40,649 nt of DNA from a virus (taxonomy: Duplodnaviria > Caudoviricetes), in the IMG/VR virus record IMGVR_UViG_3300037045_000370, positions 1-40,649 of that record, one strand, 5' to 3'. The notes beneath the pieces are model-generated. The model searched no databases, had not been told where the DNA came from, and saw nothing but the letters and a program-made list of their open reading frames with translations. Shown here piece after piece: positions 17,531 through 26,955 of the stretch. Position numbers and translations under genes: made by a program. The number at the start of each line of letters is the position of its first letter. Position 1 is the stretch's first letter.

Positions 17531-17839
17531 TTAATCTATTGCCCAAAGTTTACCGTCGCAAAATAACAATAATAACGGATTGCTGCCTGATTTTTCGTAT
17601 TCAAACAGTCCTCTTATGTCCTGGGTTCCATATGCTGTATCGTTTATCTGGTCAAATCCATATCGCTTACATGGTACAGCTCCTGCGTCATAATTTGCAT
17701 TACACATATCAGGGCTTTTATTCTGGCTTATCAGGTCAGCACTCTGGGAAATATCAATACCCCCGGCATAGCCATTAGGAAAGGAATAATATTCTGGCGT
17801 TGCCGATTTAGGAGCTTTAAATTGTATTATTCCGGACAT
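17531..17839 (-). CDS. N-terminal portion of the tail nozzle as a separate 102-aa ORF
   Basis: GGID......I..NKSPDM.N....G...KRYG signature of nozzle N-termini; ends after one blade (CDGKLW). Confidence 0.6.
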   Translation of the reverse strand: MSGIIQFKAPKSATPEYYSFPNGYAGGIDISQSADLISQNKSPDMCNANYDAGAVPCKRYGFDQINDTAYGTQDIRGLFEYEKSGSNPLLLLFCDGKLWAID

Positions 17840-17841
17840 AA

Positions 17842-18465
17842 TTATAACCCCCCGTAAACATCAACAATGGTTTCAATCGCTGCTCCTGACTTTCTTAGTC
17901 TTAGCGCATATTTACGCGCCTCATAATAATTAAATAACTCAGCACTGCCACTAGGGTTATCTACCATTAATATCTTACCGGCCACACCAGCAGGAACAAT
18001 GTAGGTTGCCTCCGCTATTACATCTATTACCTGAGCCAGTTCAGCAACAGTAGGATTAGATGTATCTGCTACTGCTATTGCCGTTGGTATGCGATTATAG
18101 GTAATAATTATAGTCCCAGCTTGTCTGCTGTTATAAACAAAAGATGTTGGTGTAATCCTATAATAAGTGAACGGTACCCAGTACACGCTGTATATTTGCT
18201 GCATAACCCTTGCTTCATTAAGCCAATCTGCCGGTAATGCTATCGTTGTTTCTGTTGGATAGGTAGCAGTAGTATTAGTTATAGATAACTCTTTCTCCAG
18301 CTTGCCCTTATCGTTAGCCAGATCCTGCTGGATCTCATTCACAGCATCAGGTATTTTCAGCCGATAATCTGCTGTCTTGGATACCGGGTTCGCTGTACCT
18401 TTTTTACTATATTCATCGATTAGTCTTAAGACTTGATCTGTTAATTGCTCATATGTTAAAGACAT
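17842..18465 (-). CDS. Head-tail adaptor (P22 gp4/T7 gp11-like)
   Basis: 207 aa; .N..Q.D, LPADW, ITY...P, terminal DVYG; directly upstream of the nozzle. Confidence 0.65.
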   Translation of the reverse strand: MSLTYEQLTDQVLRLIDEYSKKGTANPVSKTADYRLKIPDAVNEIQQDLANDKGKLEKELSITNTTATYPTETTIALPADWLNEARVMQQIYSVYWVPFTYYRITPTSFVYNSRQAGTIIITYNRIPTAIAVADTSNPTVAELAQVIDVIAEATYIVPAGVAGKILMVDNPSGSAELFNYYEARKYALRLRKSGAAIETIVDVYGGL

Positions 18466-18488
18466 AAATTATCCCCCCCTTTAAGGGT

Positions 18489-18821
18489 TTAATCACTCAC
18501 TGTACCTTCTGTTACGAGCACCTTTTTAGTGGCAGCTGACGATATACCATTTATTTCCCCGGCATAAAGATTACCAACTGCAGGAGACATTTCATAAATC
18601 CCACCATTGGCATTAAGCCTTATTCCACTATTTACAACAGCAGCTGTACCTTCGGCCAGATATATAGCAGTATCACTGTCATTGATAAAACAGGCATATT
18701 TCCTGTCAGTATTAGCAGCTAATACTGTACCGCTGGTTGTTCCCATAGTTGCCACTAAATGAGAGGGGGTCACAGAGGCTAGTGATTTCAGTACAATGTT
18801 CTCAAATCTGCTTGACACCAT
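18489..18821 (-). CDS. Small beta-rich virion protein (head spike/decoration-like)
   Basis: 110 aa; AN..RK...F.NDS...IYL......GI.L...G; within the head module. Confidence 0.5.
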   Translation of the reverse strand: MVSSRFENIVLKSLASVTPSHLVATMGTTSGTVLAANTDRKYACFINDSDTAIYLAEGTAAVVNSGIRLNANGGIYEMSPAVGNLYAGEINGISSAATKKVLVTEGTVSD

Positions 18822-18859
18822 TATTCCTCCTTAAAACGATATACACGTTAATAATTTTA

Positions 18860-19075
18860 TTACTTAACTTTAGGCTTCGTTTTCGGTTTTAACTCTTCGC
18901 ATTCAGCTTCGACTTCTTCCATATCTTCGTACTGGTAATGAGTTTTCATGCGTTCAATGGCCGGATTATCATCGTTTAATATCATCTCACCTTTATCATC
19001 AAAATTGAGGACAAAACGATCAATATTAACAGTGATCTGCAAGTTTGGTTCTCCATAAAACTTAGTTTTTGCCAT
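18860..19075 (-). CDS. Hypothetical phage protein
   Basis: 71-aa ORF collinear in the structural operon. Confidence 0.5.
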   Translation of the reverse strand: MAKTKFYGEPNLQITVNIDRFVLNFDDKGEMILNDDNPAIERMKTHYQYEDMEEVEAECEELKPKTKPKVK

Positions 19076-19100
19076 ATTGGCACCGTCCCTTCATATAATG

Positions 19101-19122
19101 AAGGGGGCGTGTAGCCCCCTTC
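19101..19122 (-). terminator. Hairpin after the capsid/decoration genes (weak terminator or RNA stabiliser)
   Basis: AAGGGGGC/GCCCCCTT stem without a strong U tract. Confidence 0.45.
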
Positions 19123-19143
19123 TCACATTAATTCATTAAATAA

Positions 19144-19524
19144 TTATGGTAAATTAATTACACCCAGCTGGACGCTGGAAACAGTCCCCGATTGGGTAAC
19201 AGCTACATTTATTGTGACGTTGCCGGATGTACCTTTAAACCTGGCAGAATCCAGGGGCCCGATCTGTGCCATAGAATTAGCGTCAGCTATTTCTATAGTA
19301 AGGGTTCCTAGATCTTTTCTCCATGCCAGACCAGCATCACCTGGGGATATGGTTATAGTAGCGGTTTCAACTGCCACGGCATCATTGGTATTTTTTGCGA
19401 TAATGACAATCTTTTCATTCTGAATATCAGAAAAGTCTACATAATTGACGTCCTGCGCAGCATAAAGTGCAAAGGCCACAGATCCGTCACGGGTTGAGGT
19501 TGATGCAGTTATACTCTGTCCCAT
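19144..19524 (-). CDS. Putative capsid decoration protein
   Basis: 126 aa beta-rich, IGPLDSARF motif, immediately after the capsid gene. Confidence 0.55.
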   Translation of the reverse strand: MGQSITASTSTRDGSVAFALYAAQDVNYVDFSDIQNEKIVIIAKNTNDAVAVETATITISPGDAGLAWRKDLGTLTIEIADANSMAQIGPLDSARFKGTSGNVTINVAVTQSGTVSSVQLGVINLP

Positions 19525-19558
19525 ATTATTGTGATCTCCCTTCGTTAGATTAATTAGA

Positions 19559-20395
19559 TTAGATGGCTGATTCTGAACCTGCAGTCAGATCCAGACGTAC
19601 TATTTCTTTTGGTTTTACAGTCTTAGCACCATAAAGCATTAGGCCTTTTACCGCATCACCAAAACCCTCAGATGTCAGCGTATATGCCTTAGTCTCGGTC
19701 AACTGTTCAGCATAGCTTATTGCCTGTTTAGTTCTGAGCATGCAATGACTCAGGGTTCCTGACTGAACGACATTATTGGACATGCAAATATCGGCTCCCA
19801 AGAAAGTACCAATCTTGCCGTTTACCAGTGTTTTACTGTCATAGTCCCGAATAATCTTTGCCAGAATTAACTTGGTTGCTATCTGGGGAGATACTTCCAG
19901 AACCATAAATTCACCATCTGGCACATCGTTCTCATATAGCTTTTGGATTGCTGAAGCTATTGTGGAAACAATGTTTGCACTTGTAACAGTAGCCGTTACG
20001 GTGCTTCCGGCATCAACGTACTTAGCAAAAATAAACTGGTCAGCTATATTGTTAAGAGCCAGACCGGATTTTCTCATGCCCTCATTCATTAGCTTTTGAT
20101 TACTCTGAGCCTTGTCCACATCGTCAATAGCAAAGTTATAGTATTTGGATTGGGTTATTTCCAGCATAGTGCTGGCATCATCCAGAGTTTGAAGAGTTAG
20201 TCCGGTAGAAAAGTTGTTCTTGGTGTAATCGCTTATATTGATATCACCAATGGCATTGATCTTGACCTTGTCACCCTTGCCTTTAATGTCGCCCTCATAA
20301 TCTGTGTTACAGTTCTTTATGGCGACGAATTTACGTTCACGCTCTTTAAGCATGGTGGCAGTCCATACAGTTGGTATAAAATTATTTACAGACAT
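19559..20395 (-). CDS. Major capsid protein (HK97 fold, P22-coat-like)
   Basis: NFIPTVW, N.DYEG.I...GD.VKI, F.IDDVD..Q, F.DAVKGL.LYGAK; follows the scaffold gene. Confidence 0.88.
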   Translation of the reverse strand: MSVNNFIPTVWTATMLKERERKFVAIKNCNTDYEGDIKGKGDKVKINAIGDINISDYTKNNFSTGLTLQTLDDASTMLEITQSKYYNFAIDDVDKAQSNQKLMNEGMRKSGLALNNIADQFIFAKYVDAGSTVTATVTSANIVSTIASAIQKLYENDVPDGEFMVLEVSPQIATKLILAKIIRDYDSKTLVNGKIGTFLGADICMSNNVVQSGTLSHCMLRTKQAISYAEQLTETKAYTLTSEGFGDAVKGLMLYGAKTVKPKEIVRLDLTAGSESAI

Positions 20396-20413
20396 ACTTC
20401 TTTCTCCCTTCGA

Positions 20414-21370
20414 TTATTTCCATGATTTCATTGATTCCGTTATTGCATCGAGATTATTAGTTACCTCTGCCTGACTCATTTTTTGCACCTGTTCGCGAGT
20501 AAAATGCCCAGAAGGTACATTTCCATTGCCAGTAACTGAGCCAGGACTATTAGTTGCATTATTTTGATTAGTTTCCTTAACTTTATTAGCTTTTTCTTGT
20601 GCGGCAATTGTCTCTTTTAATACCTTATTTTCATGGATTTGGTACGAGTCCATTAAGGAATATCCTCGGTTACATCTGTCCCATACTTCTTGAGGTATAG
20701 TTGCATAGTCCAGTTTAGGATAAGCCGCTTTAAATTCTACTGCTTCCCGGTTGATTCTTGCTTGTATCTCTTGCTGGGTTTTGATCTGACCATTCTCCTG
20801 CTCTAATTGGTTAGCCTGTTTAACCTTGGGATGGTGCCCAATCAGGTTATTAATGACTTCCATTAACCTATCAGGGTCTGCTCCGTATTTAACTGCTTCC
20901 TGTTCAACTGCAGTTTTAAACTGCTGGTCAATCATTTGTGATTGCTGCCTTTGCTGGGTAGTGTCCCAGCCCTTTACAAGATCATCCCAGGTTTTAATCC
21001 CTTGTTCAGCAAATCGACGGGCCACTTCTTCATCTCTTGCTTTTAACGCAGCCTCAACTTCACTGTAGTTACCATGTACCTTGTCATAGTTCATGCCCTT
21101 CTGAATCAGTGTGATAGCTTCTTCAAAAGGTATTTCCTTTTCCTCGTGGTTGAATTTAACCTTAATAGGGCTAGGTGTTGGAGCCGGATCATTAGGAACC
21201 GGTTCAGTAGGTTTATTAGGGTCTGTTGACTCCGGTGGATCTGTTGGTGCCAGATCACTAGGAGCTGGGTCTGTCGGTGTTGGGTCAACCGGTGCTGGAT
21301 CTACCGGATCACCTTCTGCAAATCTTTGCAAATCAATTATAAATAGTTCTGTTTGGCTCTGGTTTGCCAT
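20414..21370 (-). CDS. Capsid scaffolding protein
   Basis: ATG 21370 with AAAGGA RBS; DLQRFA motif, Pro/Asp-rich linker, coiled coil; upstream of the capsid gene. Confidence 0.8.
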   Translation of the reverse strand: MANQSQTELFIIDLQRFAEGDPVDPAPVDPTPTDPAPSDLAPTDPPESTDPNKPTEPVPNDPAPTPSPIKVKFNHEEKEIPFEEAITLIQKGMNYDKVHGNYSEVEAALKARDEEVARRFAEQGIKTWDDLVKGWDTTQQRQQSQMIDQQFKTAVEQEAVKYGADPDRLMEVINNLIGHHPKVKQANQLEQENGQIKTQQEIQARINREAVEFKAAYPKLDYATIPQEVWDRCNRGYSLMDSYQIHENKVLKETIAAQEKANKVKETNQNNATNSPGSVTGNGNVPSGHFTREQVQKMSQAEVTNNLDAITESMKSWK

Positions 21371-21403
21371 ATTATCAATCCTTTCTGCCCTTGGTACGGG
21401 CAT

Positions 21404-21425
21404 TAAAAAAACACCTTACGGTGCG
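21404..21425 (-). terminator. Terminator-like hairpin between the GT cluster and scaffold gene
   Basis: GCACC-GTAA-GGTGT followed by TTTTTT on the minus strand. Confidence 0.5.
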
Positions 21426-21491
21426 GTTATGGGATTATTTAATACCGTTTACTCCTGATTATCTCAATTATCTTTTATTGCCCCATGATCT

Positions 21492-22223
21492 TCATAGGGT
21501 ATCACCTGCCTTCCACTTCTCATACTCACTATCCCGGTATAAATGTATACAGGGGTAATGAGTGTCTAGCCATATTCCGAAGTCGTGGGCGGCTGCTCTA
21601 ACGCAGAAATGCCTATCTTCACCCCAGAAGTTGACATTATAAACATTATTGAAGTCTACTCCTGCCTGTATTACCTGCTTTTTAATCAAGGTACAGGCTC
21701 CAGTCATACCAACTGCATAAACACCCGGGGTTTTCCATTCCTCCAACCTTCTGTCATGGTTGAAGTCATACGTATTATAGTCCCATGCATTAGGCATTTC
21801 CGGTTCACCTGGTCCCCAACTTGTCCAAAACACTTCAGCAATAATATCCTTATTAGCCTTCAACAGCTGTATCAGGGTCATTGGGTGCAGGATTAAGTCA
21901 GAATCAACAAAAAATAGATAATCATAGTTATTATCCTTGGCAAATTTAAGAATACTGTTTTTCATACCCGCGACATACGCCACCAGTTTGTCTGTCCAGT
22001 GGTGAGTAACTTCATCCACCCTATATTTATCATCTGTGTTGTAAACTGCATAGAGCGAGTTATATTGTATCAGCGGTAGCAATTCCTCGCAATTATGCAA
22101 AATAAAAAACCTGTCAACTTCACAGTTAGCAGGTATCATTAATTTACCCAAGCTTTCGAGGTATGCTTTAAATATATGCTCCTTCTGGTGAACAGGAGCT
22201 GCTATTAATATTCTCACAGACAA
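21492..22223 (-). CDS. GT-A fold glycosyltransferase
   Basis: ILIAAPV, YDYLFFVDSD (DxD), GACTLI, GED..FC. Confidence 0.85.
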   Translation of the reverse strand: MSVRILIAAPVHQKEHIFKAYLESLGKLMIPANCEVDRFFILHNCEELLPLIQYNSLYAVYNTDDKYRVDEVTHHWTDKLVAYVAGMKNSILKFAKDNNYDYLFFVDSDLILHPMTLIQLLKANKDIIAEVFWTSWGPGEPEMPNAWDYNTYDFNHDRRLEEWKTPGVYAVGMTGACTLIKKQVIQAGVDFNNVYNVNFWGEDRHFCVRAAAHDFGIWLDTHYPCIHLYRDSEYEKWKAGDTL

Positions 22224-22909
22224 AACTCCTTTAATACAGGGTTCTTATCAAGAATGCTCTGATATTGTTGAATTAAACCGTTTTTACCTTTCGGATCGGC
22301 ATCCATATACCGCTTATATTTGGCTTCCCTGTCAGGTGCCCGGCTCCATCCCCAATGTTGAATAACCATTCTTTTATGACCGGCAATCTTATCATAATTA
22401 GTGTTAACTGGAAAACGTCCGCAATGTAGAGCTTGTTCGCGCCACACATACTTTTTCTTAGAGAAATACTTCACGCACATTACCCAAGACCTTTTATGAG
22501 CATTCCAGTATTTATCATCCCTATAATGGGTCTCATCCCACATATCATAAAGTGGAAAACCTATACTATTTATACCCTGCTGTTCTGCATAGGTAATTAA
22601 ATCTGGTAATAGGTTGATATTAGTTATGGTCTCATCAGCATCCATACATAAAATCCAATCACCGGCCCGGGCATGTTGGGTAGCTATTTCCCATAATTTT
22701 TTTCTCTGCTTCAGTTCATCTATTCCCCAGTAAGATTGGTGACTTATTACAACTAAATCAGCATATTCAGCACAAATTACAGGAGTATCATCATCACTGG
22801 CATCATCTAACACAATTAGCCTATTGCATACTGACCACATCTGTTCCAATACACTTTTTAAATACCTGTCCTGCTCATTTCTGACCAGCATCATTCCTAT
22901 TACTTCCAT
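22214..22909 (-). CDS. GT2-like glycosyltransferase
   Basis: M.VRNE, IVLDDASDD.T, DWILCMDADE, H.GW. Confidence 0.88.
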   Translation of the reverse strand: MEVIGMMLVRNEQDRYLKSVLEQMWSVCNRLIVLDDASDDDTPVICAEYADLVVISHQSYWGIDELKQRKKLWEIATQHARAGDWILCMDADETITNINLLPDLITYAEQQGINSIGFPLYDMWDETHYRDDKYWNAHKRSWVMCVKYFSKKKYVWREQALHCGRFPVNTNYDKIAGHKRMVIQHWGWSRAPDREAKYKRYMDADPKGKNGLIQQYQSILDKNPVLKEFCL

Positions 22910-23519
22910 AAAGCCTCCTATATTCCTGATAATGTTTATCGGTAATTACATCAGTTCCTACATGACCGCAGTAGAACGATGTATCAACATAAACCTTAAA
23001 CCCTGCTTCTCTGGCCCGTTTGCAAAAACCTAAATCCTCTGCTAAAACAGGCATAGGAAAGAACCATGGCTGAGGTGTTTGTTTAAATACCTCATTTTTT
23101 ATAAGACAACAGGCCATTCCCACCCCTTCAACCTCTGCCAGTCCCTCTGTCCAATCGTCAGCGGTTCTCAGTTCTGCCTTTTCACCATCAAATTTAACCT
23201 CAGGATAAAAACAGGGCGAATAGGGTTGCGTCCTCTTAAATGCCATAGCTGACACGATAGGCACATCCCAAGCCAACAGTCTTTGTATAGTGTCAGGCCT
23301 CGGCTCCATATCACTATCCAAAAAGAAAAGCCAGTCATAACCCTCTTTAAGCATGTATTTTGCGGCTTGCTCCCTGGCATCATATATAAGGCTGCTTCCA
23401 ACCAGGCGAAAATCCAGAGCCTCGCATAATGGTTTGGTATTGAATAGCAACTGAGGCCATGCCGCTACAAACTGGTAAGGAAAATGGCCTGTATGAGGTA
23501 CGCAGATTAAACCCCTCAT
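22875..23519 (-). CDS. GT-A fold glycosyltransferase
   Basis: AR, YDWLFFLDSD, GMACCLI, PWF, ED..FC, CGHVG. Confidence 0.82.
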   Translation of the reverse strand: MRGLICVPHTGHFPYQFVAAWPQLLFNTKPLCEALDFRLVGSSLIYDAREQAAKYMLKEGYDWLFFLDSDMEPRPDTIQRLLAWDVPIVSAMAFKRTQPYSPCFYPEVKFDGEKAELRTADDWTEGLAEVEGVGMACCLIKNEVFKQTPQPWFFPMPVLAEDLGFCKRAREAGFKVYVDTSFYCGHVGTDVITDKHYQEYRRLYGSNRNDAGQK

Positions 23520-25342
23520 ATAGCTACCCCTCCCAACGGATTAGGCGGTGTCTGTTGTTGTGCCTGGGCCAAAACTTGCTGCATCTGTTGATTCTGCTCT
23601 ATTATGGCCGTTGCCTGTTTAATAATCTCATAATCTTGCTCAGTCAACTCTATACCCATTTGCTGAGCCAACTGTATTTGTCCGGCTATTGGTATATCCT
23701 TAAATGCCACGCTAACATTTGGCGGTGGCGGTGGAGTCGGCTGCTGGTTTGCCATAGATGCTTTAATTTCTTCTATAAGATCGTCTTTCTTCGGTATCAT
23801 TCCATCTGGAACACGCTCAAGATACTGTATAAAATCGATCTTGGCATCTTTAAGCAGGTTGTCCAGCGTCTGCATTGCAGTAATCTCTGACCAGTAACTA
23901 GATGGCCCAACGTCTACCTTAAGATTAAACTTGATACCTTTTAGCGAACTGAAATCAAAGGGTATTACCTGTTTTTTACCCTTAACGTCAATAGTAATAC
24001 TCCGTTCTCCATATTTAGCAATCATCATATCCAGCCATATATAACCCAAGTCCTCTACCCACTGATATAGATTAGCTTTAATTGTTTCCAGGGGCTGAAA
24101 ACTGGCTTGTTGTACTGCTATAATAGCCGCATGGTTATCCGGCTTAATATTACCCGTTGCCGCATCTGTTACCCCCAGAAGATCCTTGGTGTATGCAATA
24201 GCTGCGTCAATAGATGGCATGATCTGGTTAGACATATTACCAGGCTGTAAATAGCCGGCAACCTTATTGATATCAAGATCACCGTCATAGGGTATCGCCT
24301 GGCCTATCTGATTGCTCCATTTGGTTATATAAGTTGAGTTATATATCGCCTTAGGAAATGCAACATTCATAAGGTTTAGCATAACCATAGCGAACATCTT
24401 ATTTATATATATCTGGTTCGGAACCAGCCCAGTTCCTACTGCCTGGCCGTGATATGAGTTTTTGCGTTTATCCCAATTCATGTGAGCTAAAGGATAACGA
24501 GTTGTCTCCATATCCTTTTCGGGAATAATCACCACTGCTTTAGTGGACTTTTTATATTTAATGGTTTTGGTATCAGGATCTTTCCAGAACTTAATTAATG
24601 TTGTAGTTTTACCATCCTCTCCGGATGCATCCAATTCTATTTTAGCCCTGTCACCAGATTGCTCTTGATAATCGGTGTCGCTGCTGATCCTGTTTATTTC
24701 TTCATCGTTAACCTTATTCTTTTTAGCTTCTTCTTTTAGTTTAGACACCAATTCTCTAAAAGAGATTAGTATATAAGGCTGAGTTTCAACCCTATAATCG
24801 TTGGGATTACCAAAAAATACATTTACATTGTCAGGCAGTTCAAAATCAATATCTCCTTTAATAGGAGTAACTGTAGGTTCAGCCCCTTCTTCAGTTGCCG
24901 GCACCTGAACTTTCTGTCCTGTATCTATACTTTGGTTCCAGAATACATATCCCTCTGCATCTCCACTTATAGCGGAGTCTAGTAATGCATCTCTCATACG
25001 AGTATCCATTTTAAGCTTTTCCCAGAGAGTTTCACTGTATTTACTAATCAGTTCAGCAACTTTACTTATGGCTTGCTCTTCCGGATTTATAGAATCATCA
25101 GCTATGTTCTCGGGCGTGAACTTCATTTTTATTTTCTGGCTCATTATCGCGCTGATAAAATAATTTATACATCTTTTAAAAACGTTAAATACCGGAGTTG
25201 GAAGGCCGTTTGATACTACCCCATACCATTGGTCACCAGAATAAAAGCGCTCATTTTTATCAACTGTTTCATAAAGGTCAATTCTGCGCTTATAATTCTT
25301 GCCTTTTTCATACAGCTCCCATTCGTGCGTATTGTCAGCCAT
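23516..25342 (-). CDS. Portal protein, P22-like
   Basis: 608 aa after TerL; FY.GDQW....P.PVFN; Gln-rich C-terminal tail. Confidence 0.85.
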   Translation of the reverse strand: MADNTHEWELYEKGKNYKRRIDLYETVDKNERFYSGDQWYGVVSNGLPTPVFNVFKRCINYFISAIMSQKIKMKFTPENIADDSINPEEQAISKVAELISKYSETLWEKLKMDTRMRDALLDSAISGDAEGYVFWNQSIDTGQKVQVPATEEGAEPTVTPIKGDIDFELPDNVNVFFGNPNDYRVETQPYILISFRELVSKLKEEAKKNKVNDEEINRISSDTDYQEQSGDRAKIELDASGEDGKTTTLIKFWKDPDTKTIKYKKSTKAVVIIPEKDMETTRYPLAHMNWDKRKNSYHGQAVGTGLVPNQIYINKMFAMVMLNLMNVAFPKAIYNSTYITKWSNQIGQAIPYDGDLDINKVAGYLQPGNMSNQIMPSIDAAIAYTKDLLGVTDAATGNIKPDNHAAIIAVQQASFQPLETIKANLYQWVEDLGYIWLDMMIAKYGERSITIDVKGKKQVIPFDFSSLKGIKFNLKVDVGPSSYWSEITAMQTLDNLLKDAKIDFIQYLERVPDGMIPKKDDLIEEIKASMANQQPTPPPPPNVSVAFKDIPIAGQIQLAQQMGIELTEQDYEIIKQATAIIEQNQQMQQVLAQAQQQTPPNPLGGVAI

Positions 25343-25599
25343 TAACCTTCACTTCCCTCCTGCTTTGATCCATCATAGCTAAGTAGGTTCTGTAATCCTT
25401 CTAACATTTTATCCTGTTGAATTTTAGCGGCTTTAACCTCTTTTTGTTGCTTCATAATCTGTATTGGTGAGCGAATAGGTTCTATATTTCCTGCTCCCCT
25501 ATTAATTGCCAAGCCATCTTTCAAGCCCTTACGATATGCCCATAAAGGAACCATAAAAAAACACAATCCTAAGATTGCGTCACAATAAGTAAAAGGCAT
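25342..25599 (-). CDS. Small membrane-anchored protein between TerL and portal
   Basis: N-terminal hydrophobic helix; C-terminal NLLSYDG; GGAGG RBS. Confidence 0.6.
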   Translation of the reverse strand: MPFTYCDAILGLCFFMVPLWAYRKGLKDGLAINRGAGNIEPIRSPIQIMKQQKEVKAAKIQQDKMLEGLQNLLSYDGSKQEGSEG

Positions 25600-25611
25600 T
25601 TACTATACCTC

Positions 25612-26955
25612 CTATAATTTTATATAGTTTTCAGTTGGTTCAGCCCCTCGGAACGGATCCGGCTTTGGTTTCTCATGTTCCCAATTATAAGACTCTTTTT
25701 TCTTGGCCTTTTCTTCTTCCCGATGTAATCTAACTTCATTGTTTAGACTATAGCGAACCGCATCGATGGTATGGTTATTTTTGTCGGGAAATCCAGCTTT
25801 GAAATTACCGTTAGCATCTTTTTCAAGCTCATAATTTAAAAACTCCCTTGCTGTTTCAGGACATCGCATATCATCAATAATAATCGCATCTAAATCCTGT
25901 AGGAACTTAATGCCGTATTCTATACTGTCAGGTCCTTTCTTAACTCCGGTAACTCTTAAGCCGTATTGGTTTAATTCGCTTATACTCTTAGGCTCTGCTG
26001 AGTCAGCTAATACAAGCTCGTTCTTTTTATTCTCCTCACTAATATGCTGATATGCTGCATGATTTGATAGATTGACTTTATACAGCTCGTGGAATATAAA
26101 AAGCCGCTTATATTTGCGATTATAAGCACTAACATCGTATGCCAGTGGATCTATAGCAAATCCAAAGTCTAATCCTCTCCGTATTACTTCAAATTCTTCT
26201 ATTTCTGCATCAGATATCCGTCTGCATTGGACATTGCCAAATACCTCACCACCAGTACCGGTAATCTCGCCCATATATTCATGATTATATGCCGTTTCAT
26301 TAACTTCTTTTAAAAGCTCAGCTTCAAGTATGAATTGTTCACCAAGCCATTCCCGGGGTACTGATAAATAGTTACTGTGATGAGTTAATCTGTCCGGCCT
26401 GGTTAACTGTGCTTCTGCATTCACCCAATTGGCTTTGCTTTTTGGTGGATTATATGAGTAAAAAACTATAAACTCTTGACCACCACGCATGAGAGACTGA
26501 TTAATCATGCGGATTTCTTCCATACCGTTAAATTCGTCTAACTCTTCAAACCATATATATTTGCAATATCCTTTGGCAAATTTAATGGATTTTATTTTTT
26601 TAGGCTTATCAGCTCCACGGAATAATATTTTTTGCCCAGTTGGTAAATAAGTCAACACTAATTGAGCTTGCGGAATATGCCAATATTGAGCAACTCCCAG
26701 CGCATGTATCGCCCATACCAACTGCTCAAATACAGAATCCTTTAATGTATCCTTAACTTTTCTTAAGGCCACAGCATTTGCTTCGGGGTCTTTCATTATA
26801 CCCAGGATTATTTGTATAGCTATAAAGGTAGATTTTGTACTGCCGCGCCCACCTTTTAACCAATAATGAGTATGGTTTTTTTGCTTTACGTCGGCATGCA
26901 CTGACCTGAAAGACGGGGCTATTAAATTAGACAACTTAACTATCATCGACATCAT
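25612..26955 (-). CDS. terL: Terminase large subunit, PBSX/SPP1-type
   Basis: Walker A GGRGSTKS, Walker B IWFEE, SYNPP, GLDFGF..DP, ADSAEPKSI, NH.IDA.RY. Confidence 0.95.
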   Translation of the reverse strand: MMSMIVKLSNLIAPSFRSVHADVKQKNHTHYWLKGGRGSTKSTFIAIQIILGIMKDPEANAVALRKVKDTLKDSVFEQLVWAIHALGVAQYWHIPQAQLVLTYLPTGQKILFRGADKPKKIKSIKFAKGYCKYIWFEELDEFNGMEEIRMINQSLMRGGQEFIVFYSYNPPKSKANWVNAEAQLTRPDRLTHHSNYLSVPREWLGEQFILEAELLKEVNETAYNHEYMGEITGTGGEVFGNVQCRRISDAEIEEFEVIRRGLDFGFAIDPLAYDVSAYNRKYKRLFIFHELYKVNLSNHAAYQHISEENKKNELVLADSAEPKSISELNQYGLRVTGVKKGPDSIEYGIKFLQDLDAIIIDDMRCPETAREFLNYELEKDANGNFKAGFPDKNNHTIDAVRYSLNNEVRLHREEEKAKKKESYNWEHEKPKPDPFRGAEPTENYIKL

